A program made the position numbers and the translations under genes. DNA of 55,933 nt, taken from NCBI RefSeq assembly GCF_021028975.2, contig NC_059439.1, positions 39,316,068 to 39,372,000 on the forward strand, read 5' to 3'. The number at the start of each line of letters is the position of its first letter. Position 1 is the stretch's first letter. This document shows positions 1-12,380 of the stretch, one piece after another. The notes beneath the pieces were generated by a model, which did no database searches, was not told the origin of the DNA, and saw nothing but the letters and a program-made list of their open reading frames with translations. This DNA is from Sphaerodactylus townsendi. Lineage: Eukaryota.

Positions 1-620
1 AGCCGACTTCTCCCGGGGACGAGCCGAGCCCAACGGGGAAGCGTGTTAAGCAGGGGCGGGGGGAGGGCGCCGTTCCTGGGACCCCCTTCCCCCACCCCAC
101 CCCGAACACGTGTGCATGGGAACAGGCGCCTTTGTCTGCGGGGGCGGGACGCGTGTGCGCCGCCGGAGCCTCCCTGCCACCAGTCCACCCCCCCTCCCGC
201 CGGGCCCGGTCCGCTCCGCTCCTCCCCGGCAGGATCTGAGCTCACGGGGGGAGGCGGCGGCGGCCGCTGAAGTCACATCCCGGCTGGTGCCGCCGCCGCT
301 GCCGGCTTCTCAGCTGCTGCTGCTGCCGCCGCCGCGGCCGACGGGAGGATGGAGGGGCGGGCGGGCGGGCCGGACGGCGGTCACATGAAGAGGAGCCCGT
401 GACTGACCCCCGCGCCGCCGCCGCGCTCCAGCCTGTCTGCCGAGGCCAGGTCGGGGATGGGGGTCGAGCGGGGCGGCGGCGGCGGCGGCGGCGGCGGGGG
501 GGGGGGGTGCAGGACGCCTGCCTGGGTTCTCCGGCGGGGTGGGGGCGGGGGGCGAGTCCGGACTCCTCGCCCCTCGCAGAGAGGATCGGGCCCTTTTAGA
601 GCCTCCCCCCACACCCCAAT
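1..620. promoter_or_regulatory. CpG island / SLC12A9 promoter and probable non-coding exon 1 (candidate donor CAG|gtcggg after 449)
   Basis: Very CpG-dense with GC boxes (GGGGCGGG at ~53 and ~141), E-box CACGTG at 107-112, an M-box-like GGTCACATGA at 379-388 and a (GGC)n run at ~471-497. Lies upstream of the first SLC12A9 coding exon (acceptor at 1883). Confidence 0.75.
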
Positions 621-1347
621 CCGTCCGTCCGTCCTAACTTTCGGAGAGCCTTTTATCTGAGCCCCCCCCACCCCGCGCTTCACATTTGATGCGAGAATCT
701 CTGTCCTTCCTTCCTTCCTTCCTTCCTCCCCTCCCCTCCCCCATGGGATCGGTTGCGGGGGGGGAGGTGATTTCTGCTTGGCTGGTGGTCCTGGAGGGTG
801 CTCGCGCTCCCCCCCCGCAAAGACTTAGGCGATGTTAGAAAGGGGCCTTTCTTCTTCTCCCCGCCCCCCCCACCGCCCCCAGGTCCTCCAGATGTGCAGA
901 TGATGGCTGAGATTTGTGGCCTTTTTCTTTGCATGTCTCCACCCCCATTTAAATGCCCCATTTCTTGGTCATTCTTCCCCCGTCTCCACCCTTCAGGCTG
1001 ACCCCCCCCCCCCGCTTCCTTGACGCCCTTCCTGTTTGTGTAAGAGCAGGGGTGCCTTGCCTCTGAGCATGCACAGAGCCACTGCTGAATTGTTCAGGGG
1101 GGTGATGCATTCTCTTCTGGGGTTCACTGGTCAGTCTGTGCTGAGGGGGGGGGGGTTTGCTGGCTTCCAGGCAGATGTGTGGACCCAAGCAGTTCCTCTC
1201 TGGCCAAGCTCTCCCCCCCCCCCCCCACCCTATTGAGCCACACTGAAACCCCTTCCCCTTAGACAGGCACAGGAGGATTGTTTCAACGCAAGTGCGCCTT
1301 GAAGGTCTCCCGGGCACATTTGTAGTGGGCGCAGGTGTGGCGATGTC

Positions 1348-1477
1348 CGTGGTGGCGAACCTTTGGCACTCCAGATGTTATGGACTACAATTCCCACCAG
1401 CCCCTGCCAGCATGGCCAATTGATGGGATGGGAATTGTAGTCCATAACATCTGGAGTGCCAAAGGTTCGCCACCACT
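1348..1477. mobile_element. Palindromic hAT-type MITE
   Basis: Long inverted arms GTGGTGGCGAACCTTTGGCACTCCAGATGTTATGGACTACAATTCCC and its reverse complement. Related copies or halves at 5878-5984, 25090-25168, 36376-36428, 38474-38621, 41620-41767, 47215-47275 and 53845-53950. Confidence 0.85.
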
Positions 1478-1914
1478 GGGCTATGTCCTTCTGTGCTTTC
1501 ACAGAATGGGTCTCTGGACCACCACCACCCGCCCTGCAGCTCCCCCTGCATAATCAGCCCATCATCAGTGCATTGAAGCCAGCGTTGCCCGCTCTGACTG
1601 GCAGCCGCTCCCGGCACCCACAGCCTGAGCCTTTTTGAATGGGGTTGCCAGTTATGGAACCTGGGCCCTGCTGCTGCCAACCCCTGAGCCACCACGGCCC
1701 CTCCCTTGCAGGAAGTTGTATAGTGGGAGGGGCAGAGGAGGCTGTGGGGGGGCCTCCCAGATTTCTGTGGGACTTGCATGCAGGTGAGAGAGCAGAGATG
1801 ATGGGGGGTGGGGTGGGGAAGGAGGGCAGGATTTTCATGGCTGCAGCATAGGGCTGACGGCAGATATTGTTTTCATCCCACAGGTGACTCGGACCCCTTC
1901 CTGCCTCCCCGGCC

Positions 1915-3932
1915 ATGTCCACAGAGAGCTCCCCCTTGCTCAGTTACAGGCTCTTCCAAGTAGCAGGCGAGGTGGCCATGCCGGGGTCCACTCAGGAAGA
2001 GGCCCCCCTGGTTGTGGGGGTCGGGGGCTTGGCCTCAGGGGGCCCCCACCCCGACCCAGCCCGGCAGCTGTCCACCTTCTTCGGGGTTGTGGTGCCGACG
2101 GTTCTGTCCATGTTCAGCATCGTTGTCTTCATGCGCATCGGTGAGTGGCGCTCAGGGATCAGGGGGCAGCGGCCTAGTCCCCTGGGGGTCCCTGACTTGG
2201 CCCAACCTGGCGTCTCCTCCCTGGTCTGCCATTTGCCAAACATTTCCATTCTTTCTGGGATTTGCTCGTGGTGGGCAGGGCGTGCCGTAGTGCAGAGACC
2301 CAACACATGGGGGCGACTGTGACACACGGGGCAGGCAGACGAGTCCCTGCGGAGAGGGCTGTGGAGGGTGGGAGCGTTTGGCCCCCTCTCACTACCTCAG
2401 CCTGGACCTTACTGAACCCCCTCCCCATAAACATGTCTGGGGGGCTGCTGGGGATGTTTAGACGGGGATGTTTAGATGAGGGACCCGCTCTAGTCATACA
2501 TGAAGCAGGGAGGTCTGCCTTATGAGCCAGTGGGCTTGTGCCCAAAGAATACTCACCCACCCACGCACTGCTTCGCAAGTGATGGGGGAAGACCCTCGTG
2601 TTCAGACGTGGATCCGCTACTGCTCTCGGGGGGGGGGGGGGCTCTTCTTCTCCTGCGTACTGATTCTGATGCCCGCATCTCTCTCTTGAAGCCTGCAAAG
2701 GAGTGAAGCGCTGCTTACGAGACCCCGAGTGGCCTGAGTTGAGCAGGTGTGGGGGCGGGGGGCGCCCTTCGGCCCCTCAGGCTGTGCCAAGGGGAGTCCC
2801 AAGGAGCACTTGGCTCAGAGGTGGGATCCAGCAGGTTCTCACCAGTTCCCGAGAGTGGGTTACTAATTATTTGTGTGTGCCGAGAGGGAGCTGCTAATTG
2901 GGTCTGCTTTTCCGTTAGAAATTCCATTAGGTCCAAAAATCCTAAAGTCCTGTTGTTTCCTATGTGGCTGGTTAGCGAAGGTAGAAAACGGGATAATTCT
3001 CCCTGTTGGGCTGTTTTAAAAACATGTTTTAGAAATACGGTGAAATTCCTTGTTTAAGGAAAGTCTCCTTCTTTTGATTTCTAGAAACAAAATTAAGTAT
3101 TTGAGAGTATTAAGCATTTGACAGGCAGCCAATTAGAGGAGAAGTCGTTGTTTCTGTTGGCAGCAGACGATAGGACTTGCTATAATGAGTTTAAATTATG
3201 GACAGAAAGATACCAGCTGGAAATTAGGAACTTTTTTGTTTACAGTAGGAGTTTTTTACAGTAACAGAGAAATCATTAATGCCCCGCCCCCGGAATGCCC
3301 GGCCACGCCCCCGTCGTGCCCCGCCCAGCCCCATTGGCGCTACGCCACTGTTGGAATCCCACCACCGTGGGAACCTGTTACTAAAACTTTTGGATCCCAC
3401 CACTGACTTGGCTGTCTTGCAAAGCGGCTCTTCAGGGCCAGCCGTTGAGAGTGCAGTGTCTGGCCAGGGGAAAGCCAGCTTCCATGTCCGAGGCCTTCCT
3501 CCTCCCTGGCCTCCTGCTTGCAGGCCCCCAGAAGTGACCCACCCTCTCTCCCCTCCCTCACCCCCGCCTGCAGGGTTCGTGGTGGGCCACGCCGGTTTCC
3601 TGCAGTCCCTCCTCATGCTGGTGGTTGCCTACCTCATCATCTCGCTGACCGTGCTGTCCGTCTGTGCCATCTCCACCAATGGAGCGGTCCAAGCAGGCGG
3701 GGCTTACTGTATCCTTTTTAGCCAATGGCTGGCTTTGGAGACCTCTCACAGGTTCCAATGCCTACTTGGTCAGTAAACTCATTGGATGGTGGCCTCGGAC
3801 CAGTTACACACCCTCACTCAACCTGGTATACCTCACAAGATTGTTGTGAGGGTGGAAATTGTCGGAGACGAGTGGCGAACACACTGATTCAATGAGTAGA
3901 AGGTAAATGTTTATTAGGAACAACATTTGAGA

Positions 3933-3970
<38 letters not shown>

Positions 3971-6900
3971 ACCCACCCCCGTCTGGGGTCTTCTTCTAAG
4001 TTTCTTTGCACATTAGACATGGCTGCTTCCAACACGGGACTCCTGGAAAGGGCGGCTCCACCTGCTGCCTCTGAAAACAGAAAGGAGCAGCAGTGGGCGT
4101 AGTGGTTAGGAACAGGTGCATTCTAATCTGGAGGAACCGGGTTTGATTCCCCGCTCTGCCGCTAGAGCTATGGAGGTTTACCTGGTGAACCAGATGTGTT
4201 TCCGCACTCCTACATTCCTGCTGGGGGACCTTTGGCTAGTCACAGCTCTCTCAGCCCCACCTGCCTTACAAGACATCTGTTGTGGGGAGAGGAAGGGCAA
4301 GGAGATTGTCAGCCCCTTTGAGTCTCCTACAGGAGAGAAAGGGGGGATATAAATCCAAACTCTTCTCTTCTTCTTCTTCTCTTCTTTGGGCAAGTGAGGA
4401 AGAGTGCCCTGGAACTTGTGCTAAGTGAGAACAAAGGAACATAAGAACAAGCCTGCTGGATCAGACCAGAGTCCATCTAGTCCAGCTCTCTGCTATTCGC
4501 AGTGGCCCACCAGGTGCCTTGGGGAGCTCACGTGCAGGATGTGAAAGCAAGGGCCTTCTGCGGCTGCTGCTCCCGAGCAATGACAGTAGGGCGCTTCCAG
4601 GTGTCACGGCATGCAGAGCCGTGGAAGTCAGACAGCCGTGGCCTCCGTGCTGTGGGGATGGGTATCTCTTCCCACTCTCTGCCTCCCTCTCTCAAGCGTC
4701 ACCTTAACTGCTCCCTCCTCCCTGCTTCAGTCATGATCAGCCGGACTCTGGGCCCCGAATTTGGCGGGAGCATCGGGCTCATGTTCTTCCTGGCCAACGT
4801 CTGTGCTTGCGGCGTCTACGTTCTCGGCCTGGTGGAAGCCATTCTAGATGTCTTTGGAGCGAGTGAGTGCCAGGAGCCCTGCGAGGGGGCGACTGAGGGC
4901 TATCCCCCAGATGCCTGGGGAGGTCTGTTTTGCATGAGTCGGAAACGGGGGGGGGGGCACTCTGGCTCTTTCTGCTGTCCTGACTTCCTGTGCCCCTCCA
5001 GATGGGACTGAGGTCCCCGGCACAAAGACCCTTCCTCAGGGCTACCTGTACAGCTTCCTCTACGGCTCCCTCGTCCTCCTTCTGTGCCTCGTGGTGTGTC
5101 TCGTGGGGGCCCAGATCTACTCCAAAGCCGCCTTCTTCATCTTCCTGGTGGTCAACATCGTCCTCATCACCATCTTCGCCAGCTTTTTTGCCGTCTCCCC
5201 CCGCGAGGTGGTTGTTTCCCGGGACGGCAACCAGAGCTTCAACGCGTTCTTCACGGGGTTCAACATCTCCACCTTGAGGGACAACATGTACGGTAGGGAG
5301 GGGCAGGAGTGCAGGGAGGGAAGGACTGGAACCCCACGGCCCCGGGACATGGGTGGAAATGGCCTAGGAGCAGTAGTGGCGTAGGAGGTTAAGAGCTCGT
5401 GTATCTAATCTGGAGGAACCGGGTTTGATTCCCAGCTCTGACACCTGAGCTGTGGAGGCTGATCTGGGGAATTCAGATTAGCCTGGGCACTCCCACACAC
5501 GCCAGCTGGGTGACCTTGGGCTAGTCACAGCTTCTCGGAGCTCTCTCAGCCCCACCTACCTCACAGGGTGTTTGTTGTGAGGGGGGAAGGGCAAGGAGGT
5601 TGTAAGCCCCTTTGAGTCTCCTGCAGGAGAGAAAGGGGGGATATAAGTCCAAACTCTTCTTCTACTTTCCAACCCCACGTAGAAATAGACATGACATTTG
5701 GAGTGTTGGTGTCTCATTGTTGCAGACACATGGACAGAAAAGGGTACAAAAGCCAGTGTTTTTCAAACAAATTGCCCCGCTGTCCCAAAGCCGAGTTCCA
5801 AAAATACGGGGCTTTAACAAGTGCATAGAAGTGTATTGTGCCACTTAGGTTTGGTTCTTAAATTATTGCCTAGAGCCGTGGTGGCGAACCTTTGGCACTC
5901 CAGATGTTATGGACTACAATTCTCATCAGACCCTGCCAGCATGGCCAATTGATGGGATGGGAATTGTAGTCCATAACATCTGGTGGGGGGGGGGGGGGGT
6001 GGGGGGGGGGGGGGGTGGGGGGGGGGGGGGGTGGGGGGGGGGGGGGGTGGGCCCTGCCGGGGGGGGGGGGAGGGCGGGGGGGGGGGTGGGGTTTCTAAAA
6101 ACTGGCAGTCATGTTTTGAGGGAGGAGTAACTGGTGGGACTCCTAGATTCATTTAGAGATCTTTGTGATTGGGACTGTCCCGCTTGCGTGAGTGAGAAGT
6201 GTGTGTGTGGGGGGGGGGGGCGGACGGACTGCAAACTACAACTGAAGGCTGCTGAGAAAACTGCCCAAGTTGTTCTTTGCAAAAAAATGCAGAGAAGGGC
6301 TGGGGGGGGGGAGGTGCGGGCGTGCTGATGGATCTGAGAGGCGAGGCCCTTACCCGTCCGAGGCCTGAGTGACCCAGCTGTGGCCTTTCTTCCCCTCTCC
6401 TCTGCATTCCCAGCCATGTACTCCCGCGATTATACCACCAACAACATGATGTCCTTTGCCACTGTCTTCGCGGTGATGTTCAACGGCTGCACGGGCATCA
6501 TGGCTGGCTCCAACATGTCAGGTGAGGCTTGTGATGTGGGACGTTGCGTCCAGGGCAGCCGTGGCCCTTGCAGAGGATCGTGGCGGGGTGGGCGGCTGGG
6601 GAGCAGGGCTTGCAGAGTCTTACAGCGACCCTTCCTCTGTTATGTTCCTCCTGCAAAGGGGAGCTCAAAAACGCCAGCAGTTCCATCCCAAAGGGAACCA
6701 TCGTTGCTGTGGTCTACACCTTCGTGATCTACTTCCTCCTCTTCTTCATGACCAGCTTCACCTGTGACCGGTGAGTCAGGAGTGGCGGGGGGCAGGCCAG
6801 GCCTTGTTGCCCCAGAGGGAGAGGTGAACATTGTAATTCTCCTGGCAAGCAACCTGGGCAAGAGGTTGTTTTGTGGCCTCTCAGCTTACTGAAGAATAGC

Positions 6901-9900
6901 GTGGGCACAGGTGCCCAGGTAGGAAGGCGAGGGCACTTGAGCTACCTTTTGCACAGTGGGCAGCCTGAAGGTTGGCTGAGCTGGCAGGGCAGGTGGGTCT
7001 TGGTAGAAGCTGGAGCCACAGGAGTCACTGCGCATTTGGCTTCCTCGCAGGACGCTGCTGAAGGGCGACTACGGCTTCTTCCGGTCCATCAACATCTGGC
7101 CGCCCTTTGTGCTGATCGGCATCTACGCAGCCTCGCTCTCAGCCTCCATGAGCAACCTCATCGGCGCTTCGCGCATCCTTCACGCCTTAGCCAAGGACGA
7201 CCTGTTTGGTGAGGCCGAGTTGCTCCCCAGACTGTCGCGACCCCCCCCACCTGAGCTCCGAGTTCCACCTGTGGGCACCAGCCGCTCTTTCTCGCTTCCC
7301 CCCTAGGGATGGTTCTGGCTCCGGCAAAGAGAGTTTCCAACGGGGGCAACCCCTGGGTGGCCGTCCTCTACACCTGGGCCCTGGTGCAGGTAGCGTTTGC
7401 TCCGCCTCCCTCTCCCCTCCCTCTCCGAGAGTGGCAGGTCAGCCAACTGCAAAATGTGGGGTGGGGAAACAGAGGCAGAAATCGACCAGTTTGTGTCCAC
7501 TCAGACGTTTAACTGAGGCGGCCACCTCTGCGTCCGGGCGATTCCTCAAGTGGCGACCGTTGTTCAAAGGATCCGAGGGAAGACCGGAGGCTGCCTCCTG
7601 CTCCCGGGTCAGACCTCCCCCTCCCGGCCACTCAAGCCTGGCTCCCTCTCCTTTGACTGGACGCTGGCCTCCAGGCAGAGAAGAGGCCTTTCCCAGCACC
7701 TGAGTCCCAGACCTGCTGCCTGGTCTTCACCCTCCTCCCCTGCGGAGCTGTCTTTGGCTCTCGTCCCTTCAGGCAGCAGGCGTTGGCCAGCCTGTGCTGC
7801 CCCAGCTCCTTGGCCGGAGGTCTGGCCTGGGACTTTCTGTGGGCTAAGCAGCCCCTTGACCACTGCGGTCCAGGGATCGGCCTCCCGCGTGCCCTTGACC
7901 CCTCCCCCTCCCCCCCTAGCTGGTGCTGCTGGTCGGAAAGTTCAACACCATTGCTGGCATCGTCACCGTCTTCTACCTCGTGGCCTACGCCGCTGTGGAC
8001 TTGGCCTGCCTGGCTCTTGAGTGGGCGTCTGCTCCCAATTTCCGGTGGGTGGAATTCAGGCTCGTGCTGGGGGTGGGGGTGGGGGTTGTGGGCTGGGGGG
8101 GAGCGAGTTCCACGCAGAGGTCCCTCGCAGGCCACAGTTGCTGAAGTGCTGCCGCTTGCCTCTTCCTCGCCAGGCCCACCTTCCAGGTCTTCTCGTGGCA
8201 CACGTGTCTCCTGGGAATCGCCTCCTGTCTGGTGATGATGTTCCTCATCAGCCCGGCCGGGGCCTCGGGCAGCCTGGGCCTCATGCTGCTCCTCCTGGGC
8301 TTCATTCACCTCCGGTCGGCCGCCTCCTCCTGGGGCTACATCAGCCAGGCCCTCATTTTCCACCAGGTAGGAACCCCGTGCCTTCGGGAAGGCTTGTGAG
8401 GCGGGCGGGCGGGTGGGTGGCTGTCAGCAGCGTGGAGGAGAAGGCGCCGTTTGGGCCAGGAGCAGGTCTGAGCAGAAAGGACTTGGGGGCGGGGATGCAG
8501 CCAGCTATTTATTTGTTTAATGACATTGTTTAATGACATTGAAAATGCTGGGGGGAAGAATTAGGACTAATCAAAGGAAACACTTCTTCACGCAACGTGT
8601 GATTGGTGTTTGGAATATGCTGCCACAGGAGGTGGCGATGGCCACTCACCTGGATAGCTTTAAAAGGGGCTTGGACAGACTTATGGAGGAGAAGTCGATG
8701 TATGGCTACCAATCTTGATCCTCCTTGATCTCAGATTGCAAATGCCTTAACAGTCCAGGTGCTCGGGAGCAACAGCCGCAGAAGGCCCTTGCTTTCACCT
8801 CCTGCATGTGAGCTCCCAAAGGCACCTGGTGGGCCACTGCGAGTAGCAGAGAGCTGGACTAGATGGACTCTGGTCTGATCCAGCTGGCTAGTTCTTATGT
8901 ACTTATGTTCTTACACCTGCCCGCCCACCCCCCCCCAACAACTGGAGAGGCAAAGCTGTTAAAATCCTCCTCCTCCCCTCCCTTTTTATTACCACAACAA
9001 CCCTGAGAGGTTGGCCATGCCGAGGGTGTGAGACAGTCGCCCAGCAAGCTTCCAGGGCAGAGTGGGGATCTGAACCCCAATCTTAGTCCAGGCGCCAGCT
9101 GAACAGGGTGGGCTGGAGCTGAGCGGAACCTGTAAGAGAGGCCCTGCGGACACCTTAAGCAGGAGCAGCAGGAGCATAGGAGGTTAAGAGCTCGTGTAAT
9201 GTCTGTCTGGAGGAACCGGAGTTTTGATCTCCCAGACTCAGCCGCGCAAAGGCGTGGAGGAACTTATCTGGGGAATTCAGATTAGCTCAAGGCCTCCACG
9301 CCAGCTGGATCGAGCCAGCATGGGCTAGTCACAGCTTCTCGGAGCTCTCTCAGCCCCACCCACCTCACAGGGTGTTTGTTGTGAGTGGGGAAGGGCAAGG
9401 AGATTGTCAGCCCCTTTGAGTCTTCTGCAGGAGAGAAAGGGGGGATATAAATCCAAACTCTTCTTCCTCCTCCTCACATGGGGAGCGTCTTAGTTGCCTT
9501 TTAAGATGTATTCCCCACCAGACTAACCAACCAGAGCAGCACTTTGCGCCATGGTCTCCCTTCAACCAGTTCTCCCTGGACCACACGCGGGGGCCTCCTG
9601 AGTGGCCTCTTCTGGCAGCCGTTCGCTCAGGACCAGCCTGGATTTGCTCCTGCTACAGAATGGCTTCAGCCGCTTCCTCCAGGCCACAGAAGGAAGCCAG
9701 ACTCGCCCTGCACAGAGCACTCCCAAGTTAAGCCCACGCAGGGCTCTCTGTGCAGACTGCTGGGTCAGGGATGGGCCCTCCAGCAAGGCTGGATCCCGGC
9801 TTCCTCCTCATCCCACCCTCAGGACCCCGCGCCCCGTCCCACGCCCTTCCTTCAGCCGGCAGGTATGCAGGCAAGAGCCAGGCCTCTGGTTAGGTCCACA

Positions 9901-12380
9901 GTGTGGCATTTGAGATGAACGCAGGGGGCACACGTGCCTCCCCAGGGGCAACTCTCAGAAAACAGAGGTCAGGGGGGATATAAATATATAAAACAGAGAA
10001 AGGGGGGATATAAATCCAAACTCTTCTTCTTCTTCTCTTCTTAAGGGCAGCTGCTTGGAACTGGAGTTAAAGGAGAGGCCATCTGAACAGAAGCGGGGGG
10101 CGGGAGGGGGGCGGCATTCACCAGCACAGTCTTCCTGGCTGCACCAGCACTGGGAAGAAGCCGGTCTTCTTGGTCTTCACGGCTCTTCGCCCTCTTTGGT
10201 CTCCCTCCCAATAAAAACAGGTCCGGAAGTATTTGCTTCTCCTCGACATCCGGAAGGATCACGTCAAGTTCTGGCGGCCGCAGATCCTCCTGATGGTGGC
10301 CAATCCCCGGGGCGGATCCCAGCTCATCCGGTTCATCAACCACCTCAAGAAAGGGGGTCTCTTCGTGCTGGGCCACGTGGAAATTGGCGACCTGGGTGAG
10401 TAGCCGCAGCCCCCTCCCCAAATTGGCACACGCTCGTAAGCCACGTCGTCGGGGGGGTCCTTTTGAGTTCTGGAATACCTACAGGCCTAACTGGCCAGCC
10501 ACTGACCCCCTCGTGCCTGCTCTCTCACCCGTGGGTGTGGCTTTTGATTGGCTGCTTGCCCCTCGTTCCTCCCCTTGCAGACACGATGCCCTCTGACCCC
10601 ATCCAAGCCCACTACAACTTCTGGCTGAGCCTGGTGGATAAGCTGAACGTGAAAGCGTTTGTGGACCTGACCTTGTCTCCTTCGGTTCGTCAGGGAACGC
10701 AGCATCTGCTTCGGATCACTGGCTTAGGTAAGGGATGGAGAGAGGGGGAAACGATGCACGCGTGGTGAGCACTTCTGCACATGAGGGAGGGGGCTGGCAG
10801 GTAGTCCTAGAGTAAGGGAGGGGCCAGGTAGCAATCCACACCAGCCTTCCACCCAACCTGAACCACAGGGTAGGAACGAGGGCCAGAGCAGGTGAACTCC
10901 AGCTGAGCAAATTTAGCTGTCTGTGACTAGAAGGAGAAGAAGAGTTTGGATTTATACCCCCCTTTCTCTCCTGTAGGAGACTCAAAGGGGCTGACAATCT
11001 CCTTGCCCTTCCCCCCTCACAACAAACACCCTGTGAGGTGGGTGGGGCTGAGAGAGCTCCGAGAAGCTGTGACTAGCCCAAGGTCACCCAGCTGGCCTGT
11101 GTGGGAGTGCCCAGGCTAATCTGAATTCCCCAGATAAGCCTCCACAGCTCAGGTGGCAGAGCTGGGAATCAAACCCGGTTCCTCCAGATTAGAATGCACC
11201 TGCTCTTAACCTCCTACGCCACTGCTGCTCTTAGAGTCAGTTAGCCAAAATCCGTGCAGGAATATTGCGGAGTCACCTATCTTCATGCCTCTGTTGGGCC
11301 CACAAAAAGAATGGAGGAGGGATTGCATCATAGTGCCTTGTGAGTGACGGGACTTCAAGGGCTACAGTAGCCAGACAGCTGGAGAAGGTTCTTCTGGGTT
11401 TTCTCCGGGGTCTTCTTTGCTTCTGCAAAACAGCCTTCTGTCACTGGGGTTCTTGTCTGTTTTCCTGTCCAGGAGGGATGAAGCCCAACACGTTGGTCCT
11501 TGGTTTCTATGACAACTGTGTCCCTGAGGACTACTTCCTGCAGGACCCAGCCTTTAGCCAAGCCCGGGAAAATGACGAGTTCGGCGTGGATCTGGCCGCT
11601 CTACAAGCTCACTTCTTGCCCGTGAGAGAAGGGGGCGGCCGGAGGGCCTTGAGTCCAGCAGAATACGTCGCCGTCATCTCCGACGCTGTCAAGATGCACA
11701 AAAACGTGTGCCTGGCCCGCTACTTCCACCTTCTGGAGAAGGATCTGCCCTCCTCGTCTTCGAAGAGGCGCTCAGAAGCCTACTACATCGACGTCTGGCC
11801 CCTCAACCTCTTGCGCCCGGACACACCCACCTACGTGGACATCTGCAGCCTGTTCCTACTCCAGATGGCCTGCATCCTGACCATGGTCAGCTCTTGGAAG
11901 GCCGCCCGGCTCCGTATCTTCCTCTGCGTGGAGTCCGGGGACGTGGGCTGGGTCAGCAAGGAGGAGAAGTTGAAGGAGCTGCTGACCAAGCTGAGGATCA
12001 AAGCGACCATCAAGATTGTCACCTGGGACCAAGTGGTGGCCCTTCAAGGTCACCAGCCGGCAGACGGACAGATTCAGGATCACGAGCAACCAACTTCTGG
12101 GACAGATCAGCTGCCTCAGTGTCCCCCTGGGAAAGAGGCGAAGGAGGACTTCCTGAACACGGCCACCTTCCACGTGACAGACGAGTACTTGGCCTCTGTC
12201 AACAGCCTGCTGCTCAGGCAAGGGGGCCGGACGGCCGTGCGGTTCCTGTACCTCCCCCGCCCTCCGGCAGACACCTCTCAGTATGAGTGCTACTTGGAAC
12301 AGCTGGAGATCTTGACCACAGACCTGGGGCCAACACTACTCATCCACGGGCTGACACCGGTCACCTGCACTGAGCTTTGA
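1915..12380 (+). CDS. SLC12A9: Solute carrier family 12 member 9 (cation-chloride cotransporter family), ~930 aa, 13 coding exons
   Basis: Exons 1915-2140, 3574-3708, 4731-4862, 5002-5292, 6414-6521, 6659-6770, 7051-7208, 7307-7389, 7920-8044, 8174-8366, 10221-10395, 10581-10727, 11473-12380. All GT-AG with consistent phases; sum 2793 nt. Recognisable peptides: [72 protein letters not shown] and C-terminal [11 protein letters not shown]. Confidence 0.96.
2816..3405. mobile_element. Non-autonomous hAT DNA transposon
   Basis: TIR CAGAGGTGGGATCC / GGATCCCACCACTG; perfect 8-bp TSD ACTTGGCT (2808-2815, 3406-3413). Confidence 0.9.
3933..3967. repeat. (CA)n microsatellite
   Basis: Direct reading of the sequence. 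Confidence 0.95.
4084..4386 (+). mobile_element. tRNA-derived CORE SINE (Squam3-like)
   Basis: Box A/B-like head (GGCGTAGTGG; GGTTTGATTCCC), MIR-like CORE (GACCTT.GGCTAGTCAC...TTGTG) and (TTC)n tail. Confidence 0.85.
4434..4580 (-). mobile_element. CR1 LINE 3' end fragment
   Basis: Reverse complement of the 3' tail of the 8533-8912 and 50820-51487 copies. Confidence 0.8.
5367..5663 (+). mobile_element. Full-length young Squam3-like SINE
   Basis: ~300 bp, near-identical to the copies at 34382, 42847 and 47719. Confidence 0.9.
8533..8912 (+). mobile_element. CR1 LINE 3' fragment
   Basis: Encodes the CR1 ORF2 C-terminus ([20 protein letters not shown]...DSFKRGLDR) followed by a 3'UTR ending in (TTCTTATG)-type repeats. 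Confidence 0.9.
9160..9470 (+). mobile_element. Squam3-like SINE with a scrambled 5' half
   Basis: 3' half matches the family consensus; 5' half has many indels. Confidence 0.8.
10929..11230 (-). mobile_element. Full-length Squam3-like SINE
   Basis: Reverse complement of the family consensus. Confidence 0.9.

Larger units (their letters stand above)
3709..4730 (+). other. U12-type (minor spliceosome) GT-AG intron in SLC12A9
   Basis: Donor GTATCCTTTT at 3709; branch site CCTTAAC at 4702-4708, 22 nt before the CAG acceptor ending at 4730. Splicing restores GGAY-F-MISR. Confidence 0.9.

Noticed and set aside
5367-5440. tRNA genes at the SINE heads
   Set aside because: Only A/B-box-like remnants, each followed by the same CORE body and tail.
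5983-6090. ~100-nt near-pure G tract giving poly-Gly/Pro ORFs; G-quadruplex candidate
   Set aside because: It begins exactly where a palindromic MITE arm breaks off, so it is likely a sequencing or assembly artefact at a hairpin. No coding support.
9160-9330. Scrambled SINE 5' half and duplicated SINE tail at ~9960-10040 as a novel chimeric element
   Set aside because: The pattern of scattered indels next to near-perfect sequence is more consistent with local consensus error or ordinary decay.
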